Positions 61,148 through 64,000 of a stretch of DNA of 64,000 nucleotides are shown here, piece by piece; the stretch's first letter is position 1; every line of letters begins with the position of its first letter. The stretch covers positions 15,128,001 through 15,192,000 of the forward strand of contig CM022669.1 of assembly GCA_012295275.1 (NCBI GenBank). Reading direction: 5' to 3'. The notes beneath the pieces are model-generated. The model saw only the letters and a list, made by a program, of their open reading frames with translations. It had not been told where the DNA came from and ran no database searches. This DNA comes from Chrysomallon squamiferum (Eukaryota > Animalia > Mollusca). The position numbers and the translations under genes are program-made.

Positions 61148-61791
61148 AAGTTAATGTATATTTCAATTTTGTTTAGTAAATCAATGAAAAACGAAAAACA
61201 ATAGTAATAATAATAATAACAATAACAACAGCAACAAAAAATAATAATAATAAAAAAAAATAATAAAAAAAATAATAATAAATACAGCAATTTTAAACGT
61301 TAGACTATTGTTCTGTAATTTATAAATGTCTTTAAAAAGAAACCAGCTGTCGTTATTTTTATGGGCGACTGTTGTCGATGATTAGGAAAAAGCTTTTTCT
61401 TTAAACTACCTTTCTATTGTTAACACAACGAGGTTCACCGAACCGGCTGGAGCCTGTAGACAGGGAGTGAAAAATGATATAAACATAAATCAAATGTACA
61501 AATAATGAAGAAGTCGGTTACATTTCAGTACACCCCAACACAGCTGTCTGTATACTTTGTATTCCATGCGTAATGTTTCCGATGGATCCATTAACCTTGC
61601 GTTCTGTAGCAACATTCTGAACATTTTCTAGGAAATTAATACTCACAAAAAAACAGAAAGACAAACAGGTGTTTGGCATAACGCAAGCTGTTCAACATAC
61701 AGAGTGCAAATAAATTCTCTCTAACAAGCTCTGTTTCCCTCTCTCTCTTATTATTATTATTATTTTTTATTTGTTTTTGTTTTTTGGGGGG

Positions 61792-61926
61792 TTTTTCAGT
61801 TTATTGTTGGCATTATGGTACAAAACTAAGTAGTTTATGGAACCTGTCTATTGATATGCTAGTCCTGTCAAGCAAAGCTTAGATCTTTATCTTGTTTTTA
61901 TTTTAATTAAAAAAAAAATTGTAAAA
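61792..61926 (+). repeat. Local direct duplication, block A copy 2
   Basis: Matches 60311-60444. Confidence 0.9.
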
Positions 61927-62687
61927 AAAGAAAAGAAAAGAAAAAGAAAAGAAAAATTCTTGAATGCATGCCCAGCATAAATATTAAATATAGTTTAAAA
62001 CAAACACCAGGTTTAAGGCCAACACCATTTTTGGCGATGTTATCTCGTTTCATATTTATATTCAAAACCAAAGAATGCGTGATGGAGAGAAAAAAAATTA
62101 TCTAACGCTATTTTCGCTAACCGATATTAGTTCATTACGAAATGATTGAACATTTTTGCACAAATACTTCTCTCCCTTCGTCGCAGTTGTATGCCCGTTT
62201 CTGGAGCATAAATTCGATATTAATATTATAGATAAATATTGAATTCGGTGCTTTAAAAAGCGTAATGATTTCACCTTTTAACCCCTCATAATGAATTCTG
62301 GATCAGTGAATGTATCATATCCGAATCACGCCATCTGCGGTTTGATTTCTGGTGTGAGACCATTTTTGGAACACGGCGCGGAAATCTCGCCTAATTGCCA
62401 ACCGGGATGATGAAGGGCTTAGGGCCCCGTCATAAAATTATCGGATTGACAAGTCGAAACAGAGTTAGGTCACTTGCCTGTCGGGTTATTGTAAGTCAGA
62501 CGATGAATAATATTAAAGCGTCGTTCGCAATAAACGATAAATTAAAGTCGTCAGTGAAAAAGAAGCGATTGAATTAATATGGAAACAGAATGCGGCAAAT
62601 TGTAATTCTAATGACAGTTTGGAATATCCATTATTAAAACGAAAATTATTTTAAAAAAAAAAAATAAATCTGTAAAGTAAAATATAT

Positions 62688-62777
62688 TTTATAACGGAGA
62701 AAAATGTTTAGATAAAAAAAAAAATGAATACATGTGATTGATTATTGTTCATTATAAAAGAAAAATTAAGCGAAAAA
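62688..62777 (+). repeat. Local direct duplication, block B copy 2
   Basis: Matches 60563-60651. Confidence 0.85.
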
Positions 62778-62959
62778 TGAATTTTTAAACAAGATGTTAA
62801 TCAGAGTTTCTAGTTACAACTATGCTACGAAAGAAGAAACAGGCTTTCGCCGCATCGTGTAGTCTTTTATCGATAAGCATCAAGACATCTTTTATGGGAA
62901 TCTTCATATAAACCCTGAAAACAGTTCGCGGTGTATTGGCTGGTCATACAACCAACTGG

Positions 62960-63153
62960 TTCCCCGATGTGGACTGGTCCTGCTCTACACTGTACAGAGC
63001 TTTCCAACTGGTTCTGTCGACCCTGTACAGGACTGGTCCTGCTTTCTGTCGACCCTGTACAGAGCTTTCTGTCTACCCTGTACAGAGCTTTCTGTCTACC
63101 CTGTACAGAGCTTTCTGGCTACCTGTCTGGACTGTACAGAGCTTTCTGTCTAC
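62960..63153 (+). repeat. 23-bp minisatellite (CTGTACAGAGCTTTCTGTCTACC), about 6 imperfect copies
   Basis: Directly visible tandem copies. A second motif, GGACTGGTCCTGCT, occurs twice in the 5' part. Confidence 0.85.
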
Positions 63154-63501
63154 TCGGCAACAGACTGCTTGCGAGTTGAGAGAATGTTAAGACAGACAGA
63201 CACACACGCATAAGGACAATGCTATGTTGGGTTGTTTTTTTTCAGCTGATAATTAAAAACATTTCATACTTACGTTCATCATCATGGCACAGATTCTGTT
63301 TTCTGAAATGCTATATTCTTTCTGAAAATTCAAGTAGCAATTGGTTATTGCTGTAAAGTTCCAAATAAATATAAATAAAATAAAATAAAATATAAATATA
63401 ATATATATAAATAAATATAAATAAATAAAAATCTTGGCAAATAAATTACTAATACTACTAATAAAATAATAATAATAAAAACAACAATAAAATAAAATAG
63501 A

Positions 63502-63532
<31 letters not shown>

Positions 63533-64000
63533 ATATAGCTACATACGGCACACATTATTTCATTAGGAGAAGTAAAGTAAAAAAATAAATAAAAAAATAA
63601 AAAAAAAAAGGGAAAGAAAAATCCCCAGTAAAAAACAACAATAAAAACAAACAACAAACAAGAAAGTAAAAAAAAAAAAAACACAAAAAAAACATGATTT
63701 AGAATTAAAAATACTCTGACATTTGTTTGGCTATATAAAAATTATTCAGGAAAACATCGTATTTTACATAGAGATAACGTCGATTTCGTCGTATGCGGTG
63801 TCAAAATGAAACAATTAACAGTTGTTCCTTTTACCTCTGAGTTTCATTAAATGTTTTATCACACAACGGCTCCCTAACCGTTATTTTATACCCTTTAATC
63901 AGTCTTTAGACGTCGAACATGCCAGAAAGCGTTCTCATTAACATGCAAACCAGTGTAATTAAAATATCTCAACACAATCGCTCCTCAAGCGCTATCACTA

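Noticed and set aside
62931-63190. 82-84 aa ORFs as a possible second Ig exon
   Set aside because: They are translations of the 23-bp minisatellite with no Ig motifs.

Overview
This is AT-rich, microsatellite-dense eukaryotic (animal) genomic DNA. It looks like a lophotrochozoan or gastropod mollusc, but that is inferred only from composition and repeat style. Almost all ORFs in the supplied track are artefacts of simple repeats. The only supportable gene is the 5' part of a + strand, long-intron immunoglobulin-superfamily gene of the Dpr/ZIG-8 type. Two confident exons (36700-36833 and 46615-46828) splice in frame into one complete V-type Ig domain. There is also a likely 30-nt frame-preserving linker mini-exon (59611-59640) and a tentative signal-peptide exon (13698-13803). 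The gene continues beyond the window. The most unusual structure is a ~1.35 kb tandem array whose ~57-bp unit contains a copy of the exon end and 5' splice donor of exon 36700-36833, giving a ladder of donor-like sites right behind the real one. Other features: a TA-flanked pogo/Tigger-like MITE, two adjacent fold-back palindromes, a split local duplication, small minisatellites, degenerate SINE-like fragments and candidate CTCF, CRE and NRF1 motifs. No prokaryotic features, CRISPR array, rRNA or tRNA genes were seen. Coordinates were counted by hand, so repeat boundaries are approximate.
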